A stretch of 64,000 nt of DNA from Candidatus Bathyarchaeia archaeon. Lineage in GTDB: Archaea; Thermoproteota; Bathyarchaeia; Bathyarchaeales; Bathycorpusculaceae. The notes under the pieces are model-generated. The model was not told where the DNA came from, did not search any database, and saw only the letters and a program-made list of their open reading frames with translations. A program made the position numbers and the translations under genes. The DNA lies in NCBI GenBank assembly GCA_038883775.1, contig JAVZLM010000003.1, positions 1 through 64,000 of the forward strand, written 5' to 3'. Below are positions 48,629 through 59,604 of the stretch, piece by piece (within the stretch, counting starts at the first letter, position 1; the number at the start of each line of letters is the position of its first letter).

Positions 48629-48768
48629 ATCGCTTCAACTTTCCCTTTCCTTTTCTAATCATATAACGCGATAAGTTCATGCTGTTTTTGAGGAGTTGAT
48701 GCAAATTTCAGCAAGAAATAAATATAGAGTCAGCAATATTCTGTGAGTTAATTTGATTTGGGATAATC

Positions 48769-50160
48769 ATGAGGGATCTTCTCAAGAAAGTTGTTGATAA
48801 TGCACTAAAGTTCGGTGCTGAATTCTGCGATGTAAGGGTTGTGATGAGAACAGCGACGCAAATGCGTATTGAAAATGGAATTGCAAAGGAACTGTTGGCC
48901 CCTCAAGATTTTGGCGCGTGCATCCGCGTTCTGTTAAATGGTTCTTGGGGCGTTGTTTCCATAAATTCCACAGCAAAAGACGAGCTATTCAAAGCATTAG
49001 AGGAAGCTATCTCTTCGTCAAAGGCTAAAAAGGGGCAGGAAAAGAGTCGCGTAGCTGAAATTAAGGCATGCGAAACTATTGTAAAAAGCAAATTTAAGAT
49101 TGATCCAGAAAGTGTAGGCTTAGAGGAAAAGATGGATAAACTGTTAGAACTGGAAAAAGCCGCCAGAGAATATGACAAGAAAGTGAAAAGCACATCGTTA
49201 GTTTACCAGGATGAAAACATTAACGAAGTTGTCTGCAACTCATTTAATACTTTTATTGATCAAACTTTGACTCGGGTTTTGGCTAGGATAAGTGTGACAG
49301 CAAAGGAGGGAACCAACCGCCAGTCTGCACACAAAGTGGTTGGAAAACTTGCAGGATTTGAGGTGATAAATGACATAGAACCTGAAGAATTCGGTGTTGT
49401 AGCAGCAGAAAGGGCAGTAAACCTGTTAAAAGCAAAAAGGGCGCCATCCGGAAAATTTGTTGTAGTCATGGATCCAGAAATCACGGGACTGTTTGCACAT
49501 GAGGCTGTGGGACATAACGCTGAAGGCGACCTTGTTGCCTTTCATGAAAGCCTCTTCGATGGTATGCAGAACCAAAAAATTGCAAGCAATAAAGTAACCA
49601 TGATAGATGATGCGACCATTGAGGGAGCTTACGGCAGCTATTACTTTGACTCGGAAGGAACGCCTGCTTCCCGGAGGATAATAATTGAAAGAGGTGTTTT
49701 GAAAGGATTTATGCATGGATTGGAATCTGCAGCAATTTTAAATGAGAAACCCAACGGTAGCTGCAGAGCGTATTTACATCAAAATGTTCCAATTGTTCGC
49801 ATGAGCAATACTTTCTTTGCGCCAGGTGATTACACATTAGAAGAGTTAATAGAAGATGTTAAGTTGGGAATTTTCGTTAGAGGAGCCCGTGGTGGGTATG
49901 TCTTCGTTGAAAGAGGCCAGTTTACTTGCAATGTTGAAGAAGCCCAGATGATTAGAAACGGTGAGCTGGCAGAACCGCTTAGTAATGTGAGTATAGGCGG
50001 GTTGACGCTTGAAATATTAAAGAATGTTGAGGCTTGTAGTAAGGACTTTGAGTTAGTAGACCCCGGATTTTGCGGGAAAAATGGACAGAGAATGTGGGTG
50101 GACGATGGTGGTCCTTACATCCGAGTTAAAGACATTGTTGTAGGGGGATACAAAGAATGA
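48769..50160 (+). CDS. tldD: TldD family metalloprotease (second copy)
   Basis: HEAVGHNAEGD, FDSEG, VRMSNT, FCGKNGQ. Confidence 0.92.
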   Translation: MRDLLKKVVDNALKFGAEFCDVRVVMRTATQMRIENGIAKELLAPQDFGACIRVLLNGSWGVVSINSTAKDELFKALEEAISSSKAKKGQEKSRVAEIKACETIVKSKFKIDPESVGLEEKMDKLLELEKAAREYDKKVKSTSLVYQDENINEVVCNSFNTFIDQTLTRVLARISVTAKEGTNRQSAHKVVGKLAGFEVINDIEPEEFGVVAAERAVNLLKAKRAPSGKFVVVMDPEITGLFAHEAVGHNAEGDLVAFHESLFDGMQNQKIASNKVTMIDDATIEGAYGSYYFDSEGTPASRRIIIERGVLKGFMHGLESAAILNEKPNGSCRAYLHQNVPIVRMSNTFFAPGDYTLEELIEDVKLGIFVRGARGGYVFVERGQFTCNVEEAQMIRNGELAEPLSNVSIGGLTLEILKNVEACSKDFELVDPGFCGKNGQRMWVDDGGPYIRVKDIVVGGYKE

Positions 50161-51500
50161 TTTCAGCGGATGAATTGCTATCGCTAGTCCGTATAGGAGT
50201 TGACGTAGCTTTACAAGTGGGGACTGATCAAGTGGAGGCGTATGGAGATGTGTCCAAGCGTATTAACGTGTCCATTAGTGGCAAACACATTCACTCCATA
50301 CAAGTCACGCATGATTCTGGTGTTGGAATAAGATCTTATGTTCATGGAGGCTTTGGATTTTCTTACACGATGCAACTAAACAAAGATTCCATAAGAACCG
50401 CTGCGGAAAAAGCCACCAAATTGGCTAAAGTGGCTCAAAAAGATCCTTATTTTAAGTCTCTTCCAGAACCAAAAAAGACAAAACATGTAAAGGGGCTATA
50501 CGATCCAGAGTTAGCATCCATACAAGTGGAGGAAGCATCTAAAATAGTTGAAAATATGATTTGTTCAGCCCATGAAGTCTCAAATGCTGCCATTCTACGG
50601 GGAAGTTTAATGGTGGTTTCACGAAATTATGCAGTGGCAAATAGTTTAGGTGTAGATTTTGCAGAACCCACGACGAATATTTCCATTCACATCATGAGCA
50701 TTGTTAGAAAAACTTCAGATAACGTTGGCTCGGGTTTTGAGTTCGACTATGCTCGAAATTTAAGAGACATCCACCCCGAATGGGTTGCTCATCAAGCTAC
50801 AAGCAAAGCCGTCAATTTTCTAGGAGCATGTCAATCCAGAACACAAAAATGCGCACTCCTCTTGAGCCCGAACGCTACGTGGCGTCTTGCCTATGCAATG
50901 GCTTTGCCTCTTGACGGACAAAATGTGGCTTTGGAAAATAGCTGTTTAGCTGATAAAATTGGAGCTAGAATAGCATATGAAGGGCTTACCTTAATAGACA
51001 ACGGCGTCGTAGAAAAAGGAATGCTTTCTTCAAGCGTTGATGCTGAAGGGACTCCTAAAAAAAGTTTTGCAATAATAGAAAAGGGCGTACTGAAGGCATA
51101 CCTTCATAACTCCTACACTGCAAACAGGTTAAAAATGAAAAATAACGCTTGTGCAGCACGGGACTCATACAAATCTTCAGTTACGACAGCACCTTCCAAT
51201 ATTCAAATCAAGCTTGGAGATCAAAAACTAGATGACATGATAAGGGACATAAAAAATGGAATATACCTAGATTCTTTTCCAGCACCTGATCCAGTAACAG
51301 GCAACGTAAGCTCTATGATTGATTTTGGCGTTCAGATTCGTAATGGTGAGATGGCTGAACCCGTTAAGGGAACAATGATTGGCGCTAATCTTTTAGATTT
51401 ACTAAGAAACATCAGCTCAATTTCAAAGGAGACAAGAAACACAGCAGGAGTGATGCTTCCTTACCTAAAAATTGAAAACGTTCAGATAGCAGGCAAATAA
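50157..51500 (+). CDS. TldE/PmbA family protein (second copy)
   Basis: DAEG, GVLKAYLHNSYTA; coupled to tldD. Confidence 0.88.
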   Translation: MISADELLSLVRIGVDVALQVGTDQVEAYGDVSKRINVSISGKHIHSIQVTHDSGVGIRSYVHGGFGFSYTMQLNKDSIRTAAEKATKLAKVAQKDPYFKSLPEPKKTKHVKGLYDPELASIQVEEASKIVENMICSAHEVSNAAILRGSLMVVSRNYAVANSLGVDFAEPTTNISIHIMSIVRKTSDNVGSGFEFDYARNLRDIHPEWVAHQATSKAVNFLGACQSRTQKCALLLSPNATWRLAYAMALPLDGQNVALENSCLADKIGARIAYEGLTLIDNGVVEKGMLSSSVDAEGTPKKSFAIIEKGVLKAYLHNSYTANRLKMKNNACAARDSYKSSVTTAPSNIQIKLGDQKLDDMIRDIKNGIYLDSFPAPDPVTGNVSSMIDFGVQIRNGEMAEPVKGTMIGANLLDLLRNISSISKETRNTAGVMLPYLKIENVQIAGK

Positions 51501-51549
51501 TCTTTTCAACGTTTTTTGAAAAAGTTGACTGCTTGCAAAGTGGCTCGGA

Positions 51550-52782
51550 TCATATAAGAGAGTGATCAAATTTTTCAGTAAAATATCGCTTCGGCACCCA
51601 AAAAACTATGAAAATTATCGCTAAAATAACCCCAACTAATCCTACGAATATGGGCGCTTTGAAGCCAAAAGAATCATACAGAAAACCACCTATGTAGGGT
51701 GCTGGAAAACCAGCTAAACCTCCAAAAAATGCCAATTTTCCAAGAGCTTCGGCTCTATTTTCTTCAGGGAAGTTGTTTGCTATCAAAGTTCTTATTGCTG
51801 GTGCCCAAGTTGCAATAACTATTCCCATTAAAACATGAAGTGTAGCAAAGGATTCAAAGGCTGTTACCGTCAACCATCCAACCATCAGTATTACGCCTAC
51901 AAACTCCGAGGCAAACATGAAAATTTTGCAGCCAAATCGTTGAATTAGAATCCCTATAAGTAACTGAAAACAAATCGCCGATAAAGATGAAATGCTAGAA
52001 AGCATTCCAAGCTGGAAAGTTGAGAATTTAAAAGTTTTTGAAAGAAGTCCTAACAGAATTGCTGAGCCTACACCCCATGAGAAAGTATCTAAAGCTATTA
52101 TGAAATAAAATCTCTTCATCTCTTTTCTCATTCTCAAGTTTAAAAAAGACCTTACAATATTATGTACTCTTAATGAATCCATTCTCCTAACCCGCAGAGT
52201 TTCTTTCGTGAGAAAAATAAATGGTAAGCTTGATGCCTGAAGAATCAAACATACGCAAAAGAGAAAGATGTAGCCAAAATTGTATGATAGATATCCGCCA
52301 ACTAAAGGTGCAAATAACCCGGGAATCATCGTGAAAACCATAAGTACGCTATAGGCAACTCCCACATTATTTGCTTCGACGGATTCAGCTATAGCCGAAT
52401 CTCTTGCTGGTATACTAATTCCCGTAAATAAACCGAGAGAAATCATTGCAATAATTAATAGCATCCAGTTGAAGTAATATGCCATTATAATTAGACCTAA
52501 AGCGTTTAAAGCAAATAAATTTCCAAGGATTAGGAAAACTTTTCTCCCTTTTTTGTCTGAAACTTGTCCTGAAATAGGTTGGGCGAAAGTTGCCATCAAT
52601 CCATGCAGACCTCCTATAGCTTCCAGTACTCCCACAAAAGTCATTGAAGCCCCCAAGCTTAAAACAAAAGGCTGAAGGTTAACTCTTAGCATTCCAAGCG
52701 CAATTCCAGATAGCAAATAGGCTAGACAAATTAACAGGAGATTTCCTTGGAATAACGATGTTTTGGGCACTATTTTAATCAA
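51550..52782 (-). CDS. MFS transporter
   Basis: 12 TM; GQVSDKKGRK motif A. Confidence 0.9.
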   Translation of the reverse strand: MIKIVPKTSLFQGNLLLICLAYLLSGIALGMLRVNLQPFVLSLGASMTFVGVLEAIGGLHGLMATFAQPISGQVSDKKGRKVFLILGNLFALNALGLIIMAYYFNWMLLIIAMISLGLFTGISIPARDSAIAESVEANNVGVAYSVLMVFTMIPGLFAPLVGGYLSYNFGYIFLFCVCLILQASSLPFIFLTKETLRVRRMDSLRVHNIVRSFLNLRMRKEMKRFYFIIALDTFSWGVGSAILLGLLSKTFKFSTFQLGMLSSISSLSAICFQLLIGILIQRFGCKIFMFASEFVGVILMVGWLTVTAFESFATLHVLMGIVIATWAPAIRTLIANNFPEENRAEALGKLAFFGGLAGFPAPYIGGFLYDSFGFKAPIFVGLVGVILAIIFIVFWVPKRYFTEKFDHSLI

Positions 52783-52937
52783 ACTCCCTTGTCTGATGCA
52801 TTAACTATAGCAAGGCTCCTAACATTAGATGTACAGTAAGGTATTTCATATTGCGATGTTTTTCTTATAAGAATTTTCTGTCTATAGCAATAAACAATAA
52901 AATGTAACAGAAAAAGGAGGCATTGAAGCACCAGCTG

Positions 52938-54644
52938 CTAATTTAGGATTAATTCTTTTTCGTCTTTGCCGCCTTTTTCCGAGTATGCGACAACTTTTAC
53001 TTTTGTCGGCGTAGTGGCCTTTACAATCCACTCAACTTTCTTTTTGTTGCCCTCATCCATAGCTGGTGTTGGAAGCTCTGGAAGTTTATCAAATCTGCCT
53101 TTTAAATGACCTACCTCAACCCATTCTCTACCAAAGAGAAGGCTGGCATCTCCACTCAATTCCAAATAAGCAATCACAGGCTTAACAGCATTTACTTGAA
53201 TAGCTTGCTCGGAAATGTTCGTTGGGAGAAAGCCAAAATTTTCAATTGTAACTTCTACCTTAAATACTTCTTGAGCTACTTTAAGTGCGCTGGCATTTGT
53301 TATTTTAATCATTGGCAGCAAAGATGCATGTTTTAATGGAAACATAAAGACCTTCTTGCATTCATCTTCCAGGAATTTTCCAGGCGGAGGATTCCTCCAC
53401 GTGAATTTTACATCCCACCCTCCTATTTCAACATCTCCAAGTTGAGGATGTTTGAACTGATGCCAATTAACAAAACCTTTGCCGTTTAACTCTTTATCAA
53501 GCCACTGGATGGCTTTTATAGCATCTTCTTCTTTTGCCTCCAGTTTGAAGTTTACTCCTCCCCTTTCTCTGAATCCTCCTATTCCAGCACGCGCCGCCAA
53601 ATCCCATAGTTCAACACAAAAACCAGGAACGCCTCTGCTAATATATGTCCAACCGTCAAGACATCCATGTCTTGGTCTTTTTTTGTCCCTAGTAAGCTCT
53701 TCAAAACTGGAAACACAAGGATAGCCAGTAATCTCCGTTCCAATGGCGCCTATAGTTTTGAAAAGAATTAAATCCTTTTCGATGAACTCGGTGTCAGGTT
53801 TATTATCGAAGGCGCGAACTATTATTCCACCATGAGTATGATAAGTTGTCAAGCCTCCGATGTTTGGATGGTTCAACCAGAAATCTATAATTGCCCTAAC
53901 TTCAGGCTCTGACATTGGTGTTGGACCGCTTCCAGATTGTATATTCTCAGGAACCCAATCTCCTGGAAAGTTTCTATTCAAATTCATTCCATACTTAGGT
54001 GGGGCAATTTTGATCTCTTCACCGTGATAGTTAAGCAGTAAACCTTCCACGTAAACTTTGTAATATATACCACCATTTTCTATGGGTCCTCTTTTGATCA
54101 TTAGCCTAGGGTCTTTGTTTGAAATCTTCCAATCACCATTTGGATCTTTAATTCTCATTTGAGTTATACGTCCGTCTCCATCAATATCTTCCGGATAGAG
54201 TCCTTCCTTTCTTCGCCATTCTTCCTCGCTAAGTGGATAAAACTTTGCAGCAGAGTAAAAGAGTTCAGGTGTTTTAAGAAATTTTTCAGCTCCATCAACG
54301 TCAACTCGTGGTAGAATGTAAAAAACCTTAGAGTCTAGAAGGTCTGTTATAAAATCATCTTTACCATAATTGGTGAGAAGATACCAGATGGTGTAGAGGC
54401 AAATCATTGACCCCGTAACTTCGCTTGCATGAAGGTTCCCGTCTATGTAATATCCAGGTTTATCTTTTCCAATTCCTGTTTTGAAGTTTGTGATTTCTAG
54501 AAGCCACAAGTCCCTTCCCATAGCACTTTTGCCTATGCTATTCATTTTAGCGAGATTTCCATATTTTTCTTCCATGGACTTTAAAAACGATGTTAATTCC
54601 TCATATGTGTAGTAGTGACTGAAATCAAATATGTCTATGCCCAT
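52938..54644 (-). CDS. M14-family zinc carboxypeptidase
   Basis: NLHASE, NLNRNFP, SEPE, YHTHGG, VELW. Confidence 0.9.
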   Translation of the reverse strand: MGIDIFDFSHYYTYEELTSFLKSMEEKYGNLAKMNSIGKSAMGRDLWLLEITNFKTGIGKDKPGYYIDGNLHASEVTGSMICLYTIWYLLTNYGKDDFITDLLDSKVFYILPRVDVDGAEKFLKTPELFYSAAKFYPLSEEEWRRKEGLYPEDIDGDGRITQMRIKDPNGDWKISNKDPRLMIKRGPIENGGIYYKVYVEGLLLNYHGEEIKIAPPKYGMNLNRNFPGDWVPENIQSGSGPTPMSEPEVRAIIDFWLNHPNIGGLTTYHTHGGIIVRAFDNKPDTEFIEKDLILFKTIGAIGTEITGYPCVSSFEELTRDKKRPRHGCLDGWTYISRGVPGFCVELWDLAARAGIGGFRERGGVNFKLEAKEEDAIKAIQWLDKELNGKGFVNWHQFKHPQLGDVEIGGWDVKFTWRNPPPGKFLEDECKKVFMFPLKHASLLPMIKITNASALKVAQEVFKVEVTIENFGFLPTNISEQAIQVNAVKPVIAYLELSGDASLLFGREWVEVGHLKGRFDKLPELPTPAMDEGNKKKVEWIVKATTPTKVKVVAYSEKGGKDEKELILN

Positions 54645-54735
54645 TTTTATTCCCCTCGCAGTGAGGTAAGATTTTTGTAAACTTTAAAGATAAATTTTTT
54701 GAAATGTTATTTCAATGGAAGATCCCTTTTTAAGC

Positions 54736-55836
54736 TCAGAAAGTGTAAGAAATAATAAGGTATAAGCTGTAACTCACTAAAATAATGCCGCTGAGTGCTT
54801 GAATTTTGGATTTATGTTTGTAAGTGACTCTTGTAAGCTTCGATATAGAACTGGCAACAGCTCCGATGGCAATAAAGGGTAGGATAACTCCTAAACAAAA
54901 CAAAAAGAGTACTAATAGAAATTCAGCTTGTGCTAGCAAGGGGATCATAGCAAAAAAGATTGGTGCAATGCATGGATCAAGAAAATAAAAGAGGAAACCC
55001 AAAAGAAAAAGTCCTGTGTAAGTGAAAATGTATTTTTTTGACAATTTTTGAATTAGAGGTTTCGTTTCAATTTGTATTTTCAGCAATCCTAATAAATTAA
55101 GCCCAAAAAGTATGGCTAAAATGCAAACGATCCATGTTAAGGCTGAATGAAGTATCGGTAGGTAAAGAAACAATAACCCTACAGCTAATCCTAATAATGT
55201 AGCAGCTAAAGCGAATCCTATTCCAAAAATTAAAATGTATATAAAGCTCTTTTTAAAACTGCTTGTTTTTGCTACTGCAAAACTTAACACGAATGACAAC
55301 AAGACAAGTAAACAAGGAGAGAAAGTGTCTAAAACGCCAAAGGAAAAAGCAAGTACAAAAATGCCAGTTAAGGGAAGGGGAGGTGAGGATGGAGGTGGAA
55401 TTTTTCCTTCTAAAAAAGCATCAATAACCTCTCTAATGTAAGTTTCATTAAAGGCTCCTTCTATAATTTTGATGTTGCCTTTGTTATCCTTTATAACCAA
55501 CGAATTAGATTGATTTAAATGGTAAAATTTTGCTTTTTCCTGTCCATATTCAGAGTAATATTCTATCCATTCAGTTGAAACTAATCCAGCATACTCTTGT
55601 TGGATTTCGTTTATTGTTTGATTTTTATTTAGAAATTCTTGATAAAGTTCTTGCCAGCAAAGTGGACAAGTTTTCCACAAAGGATGGGTTGATGGGTCCC
55701 AATAAAAAAACTCTACACTCACTTGTTCTGTTGAGTAAGCTATTCTCGTAAGTAGGAGTACGATAAGAATAATAAGCAGAAACTTTGGTCTTTTCAGTTT
55801 TGTATTGATGAATGAGTAGACGTCATCATTATACAT
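54736..55836 (-). CDS. Thioredoxin-like + CcdA/DsbD membrane domain protein
   Basis: CPLC in the soluble domain; TM domain with FSPC and DPCIAP. Confidence 0.75.
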   Translation of the reverse strand: MYNDDVYSFINTKLKRPKFLLIILIVLLLTRIAYSTEQVSVEFFYWDPSTHPLWKTCPLCWQELYQEFLNKNQTINEIQQEYAGLVSTEWIEYYSEYGQEKAKFYHLNQSNSLVIKDNKGNIKIIEGAFNETYIREVIDAFLEGKIPPPSSPPLPLTGIFVLAFSFGVLDTFSPCLLVLLSFVLSFAVAKTSSFKKSFIYILIFGIGFALAATLLGLAVGLLFLYLPILHSALTWIVCILAILFGLNLLGLLKIQIETKPLIQKLSKKYIFTYTGLFLLGFLFYFLDPCIAPIFFAMIPLLAQAEFLLVLFLFCLGVILPFIAIGAVASSISKLTRVTYKHKSKIQALSGIILVSYSLYLIISYTF

Positions 55837-55925
55837 ATAAGTTATAGTTAACGTTCATAGTTAAGTGTATTTCTGTCAAGTTTACCAGCACCTTTTTCAG
55901 GAGTTAATTCTATGGCTTAAACACT

Positions 55926-57017
55926 TTACATTTCAGTCATTCGGTACTCTTTATATTCTCCTTCGCAAGGGTTTCCGCGACATAGCCACAACGTGAGATG
56001 AGTCAGATCAATTATCGCCGAATAAATTGTTTTTATTTCTCCTGCGCCATTAACCTCTCCACTTTTATGCCTACATATAGAGTAAGGAAAATTCACGTGA
56101 TCTGTGAGAATTTTCTTAAAGTAATCTATCGAAATATTACGATTATCTATTCCCTTCTTCAATAACTTAAGAGCCCTGTTATATCTAACGATTGAATGAA
56201 AAGTTTTGTTCACATTTTTCTCGAATTTCTTCATTTTTTCTGTTACATAATGGTTTGTGTGAACTATATACCCGTTAATCGCATATATTGCCTCAAAATC
56301 TGTGGCTGAGCCTTCCAAACTATATATTTCTCCATCAGCGCTTGATACAACTTGATTGTAGCTGGATGCTCTCTTCTCCGGAAGCGCAAATTCCATGGCT
56401 TTGCCAATGCTCTCCGCGCTCAAAACTTTTCTAACGGTGAAACCTAGTGGAACCCCTATTCTCATATCCGTTGGAGTTAAGTGGTTTCCTGTAATACTTA
56501 TGCCCGCAGAATTAAATCCTATTGTTGGGAATACGCCGCCATGTACTACGGCAAAGAATCTAGGCTTATTATTTGGCTTTGCGTCTAAAAGAAATGTAAA
56601 CTCTTCGCCTGTAGAGTCATTATTGTGACCCACCAAAACTGACCTATCAGAAGTTAATTCGCCGCTAACAGCTATGTCCGTGCAAGCATTGGGAATTGTG
56701 GACGAAGCAGACCACGGAATTACATCACTTATTGTATCGCTGCAATATAGTGCAAAATACTCCTCAAACGAAACCTGTGCTCCTTCAGCGCATCCTTTAA
56801 CTTCTTCTAAAAGTTCAGGGCAAAAATCTTCAGCGTATGGTAAATACTTTTTTGTCTCTAACACTATTCTTTTCCATGCTATTCTTTTTTCAACTTTACT
56901 TTTGAAGTTATTCAAAGCTGCTTGTACAATATCTTTACATTTTGTTCCTACTTGGAATCCAATCTCATAATGGGAGCCGCTGACTTTTACGACAGGGAAG
57001 GAATGACTCTCTTCCAT
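55926..57017 (-). CDS. C45-family Ntn-hydrolase peptidase/acyltransferase
   Basis: ACTD autoproteolytic Cys, GHNND, VHTNHY, SIVRY, GNPC. Confidence 0.88.
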   Translation of the reverse strand: MEESHSFPVVKVSGSHYEIGFQVGTKCKDIVQAALNNFKSKVEKRIAWKRIVLETKKYLPYAEDFCPELLEEVKGCAEGAQVSFEEYFALYCSDTISDVIPWSASSTIPNACTDIAVSGELTSDRSVLVGHNNDSTGEEFTFLLDAKPNNKPRFFAVVHGGVFPTIGFNSAGISITGNHLTPTDMRIGVPLGFTVRKVLSAESIGKAMEFALPEKRASSYNQVVSSADGEIYSLEGSATDFEAIYAINGYIVHTNHYVTEKMKKFEKNVNKTFHSIVRYNRALKLLKKGIDNRNISIDYFKKILTDHVNFPYSICRHKSGEVNGAGEIKTIYSAIIDLTHLTLWLCRGNPCEGEYKEYRMTEM

Positions 57018-57140
57018 TTCAACGCACTTAACCCAATAGAGCACTTGTTTATTATTTAAGAGTTTACATGCACGCCACTTCAACGTTGTTCCCTAAAACA
57101 AAAGCAAATTTATATATGAAAATTTATTTAAACAAAGTAA

Positions 57141-58160
57141 ATGAAATTTGAACTTTCAATAATCTACGTATTCTTTCTACTTTACCTTGTATTCGGACAG
57201 TCGATGAGCTTCACCAACACAGTGCTTCTTGAATTTTTTTACATCGACACCTCAAAATGTCCAAGCTGTTTTGAAGAGTACATTTATAAAATTGCACGAG
57301 CAGAAGCAATATTGGCTGAAATTCAAAATAAATATGGTCGTGCTATTGAAGTTAAACGGTGGGATTTTTCAAGCAACAACGGATCTACGCTATTCCGACA
57401 GTATAACCTCACTAAAATTCCAAGCATTGTGATAAATGCTAAAGAAATTCTTTTAGATCAAGAAATTACCCAGGACAAACTTCAAAGCATCATAAATTCT
57501 ATATTAAATTATCCAATGTCCGAAGATCTACCCGGTATGATTCATCTAGGAGTTCTTTCTTTTCTGTCTCCAAGCGTTATAACCCTATTGTTCTTTATTA
57601 TGAGCTACACGGTTGATGAAGATCTTAAAATGAAAAATTGGATTAAAAACGCAATAGTATTTAGTTTAGGACTTATAATTGCGCAGCTGGTCATATTCAG
57701 TCTTTTCTTCCTAAATTTTTCTTTTACCAATTTTCAAATTTTACTAAGATATGTCATTCGATTTTCTTCTATATGCCTTATTATTGGAGGATTAGAATTA
57801 TTTGGGTTAACAAGATTCCCATATGAATTCAGTTTTCTGAAAAAGTTAAAGAATTGCAAGAATAATTTAAAATTTATTGGAATCTTTTGTATCGGGGGAT
57901 TATTTTTTGTGATTGAAACGTTTAACACACCTTCTTTCAGTTACGCTCTTCTCAGCGCTACAAACTTACCTCTTCTGCTTGGTTTTAGCGTCGGTGTTTT
58001 AATTCCGTTCTTGACTGTTGGATTAATATGCATAAAGATCGTAGGCATTTTAATAGTAGCTATTAAAGGGGATGTTCAAAGAATGCGCTTAATAAGTGGC
58101 GCAATATTGATTGCTTATGCTTCTTGGTTAATGTTAAAAATATTGCTAAGGCAATTTTAA
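57141..58160 (+). CDS. Thioredoxin-like + degenerate CcdA-like membrane protein
   Basis: CPSC motif; same layout as 54736-55836 but the TM Cys are replaced (FLSPSV, TFNTP). Confidence 0.6.
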   Translation: MKFELSIIYVFFLLYLVFGQSMSFTNTVLLEFFYIDTSKCPSCFEEYIYKIARAEAILAEIQNKYGRAIEVKRWDFSSNNGSTLFRQYNLTKIPSIVINAKEILLDQEITQDKLQSIINSILNYPMSEDLPGMIHLGVLSFLSPSVITLLFFIMSYTVDEDLKMKNWIKNAIVFSLGLIIAQLVIFSLFFLNFSFTNFQILLRYVIRFSSICLIIGGLELFGLTRFPYEFSFLKKLKNCKNNLKFIGIFCIGGLFFVIETFNTPSFSYALLSATNLPLLLGFSVGVLIPFLTVGLICIKIVGILIVAIKGDVQRMRLISGAILIAYASWLMLKILLRQF

Positions 58161-58272
58161 AATATGACCTTACACGTTAAAATTTCAACTCTAATGACGA
58201 GTTTAAAACTTGGAATTCTGTTAAATTTTCCGAAAGCTTTTAGTACCCTAACAGTTTTTCTTAATATTTGCC

Positions 58273-58716
58273 ATGCAAAGCAAAAAGCTTTCTACCTTTA
58301 AAACGGTTCTAATAGTGTTTTTAGTTAGCGTCTGTGTATTCGGTATTATGAATATGGCTGCGCGGACACCAGGTATTGGTTATACAGCAAAATGTGAACA
58401 AATGGCACCACCAGAAGTTTTTTCCTTCGGGAGAACGCATACTTTTGGTTATCAAGAATTGGTCTATTTAAATATATCTTATAATCCCATCTTTTTCCCA
58501 ATTAGTTATTTATCCGGAAGCGGTTCTTTTTCTGGCTTGACTATAGTGCTTCATTATCCAGAAGAAAAAGTAGAAACTATTGCAGCTCTAATGAGAGTTC
58601 AGGAAGAAATTGGAAGAAACCTTGTATATCTTATTACTATTAGTTTTCTTATAGGAATAATTATAGAAGAGACTGCTTTTCATTTGAAAAGCAAGTTTTC
58701 AAAGGCTTCTCAGTGA
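58273..58716 (+). CDS. Hypothetical membrane protein
   Basis: N- and C-terminal hydrophobic helices. Confidence 0.6.
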   Translation: MQSKKLSTFKTVLIVFLVSVCVFGIMNMAARTPGIGYTAKCEQMAPPEVFSFGRTHTFGYQELVYLNISYNPIFFPISYLSGSGSFSGLTIVLHYPEEKVETIAALMRVQEEIGRNLVYLITISFLIGIIIEETAFHLKSKFSKASQ

Positions 58717-58794
58717 CTTGTTCATTTTAAAACTAAGATTTCAAAAGGTTAATAAAATGCAAAGGTTTTATTAATAATCCTAGCGACAATCACG

Positions 58795-59505
58795 GTGACA
58801 GTTTTGCGAAGAAAGTTGCTGACACTTGGAATAGCTCTTCTATTCATCAGCGTAGTTCTTGTTTCGGGTTCTCGTGTACCAAACGAAAAAGTATGGAATG
58901 ACGTGGTTAATCAAGATAACAACGTATGGGAATTGTCAGCTTTCTTTAACAGTGGCGACATTATGGTTGTATACTTTGAACCAGCAAAAAACTGTTCCAG
59001 ACTTAATAATAATTGGTGGTACCTTTTTGTCCGTTCGCCTGATCCTGAGCATCGGGAGAATCTCAACTTTACAATATTCGGTCCAAGCGGTAAATCCGTA
59101 TTTAATGTTACACTTGGCGGACCACGTCCCTCATGGGGAATTACGCCTGACCCTGAAACTGGAGAGGTTCCAGTGATTATATATAGCATCGAACTGATAA
59201 GCCAAGAAGGTTCCGATTTAGAAATAAGGAACCCTCCAGAGATAGGTGGTATTGTTAAGAAATCTGGCAACTATACTGTGAGAATTGAACCTAACGTATA
59301 TTGGGATAGGGATAGAACTATAAATACTACTTGGCCGAAGGTGCCGCCGCAAGAGATAATATTTTACCGTGAAGTTCATGAAAAAAACTATCCTTATAGT
59401 TATCTTCTTCCTATAGGGGCATCTTTAAGCGTTACAGGGATTACTGTGTCAATTTTTGGAGCAAAAAATAAAGGGCGCAGAAGAAGATGGGGTGGAAGAT
59501 CGTGA
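58795..59505 (+). CDS. Hypothetical membrane-anchored protein
   Basis: N-terminal TM, C-terminal TM and basic tail. Confidence 0.65.
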   Translation: MTVLRRKLLTLGIALLFISVVLVSGSRVPNEKVWNDVVNQDNNVWELSAFFNSGDIMVVYFEPAKNCSRLNNNWWYLFVRSPDPEHRENLNFTIFGPSGKSVFNVTLGGPRPSWGITPDPETGEVPVIIYSIELISQEGSDLEIRNPPEIGGIVKKSGNYTVRIEPNVYWDRDRTINTTWPKVPPQEIIFYREVHEKNYPYSYLLPIGASLSVTGITVSIFGAKNKGRRRRWGGRS

Positions 59506-59604
59506 CAATATTTTCTATTAGCTACTTAGTATGTTGTTTTCAAACAAAGCAAAGTAATGATCTTTTAAAGCCAAAAAGTGTTTATGAAGTTAAAGGTTAT
59601 TAAC

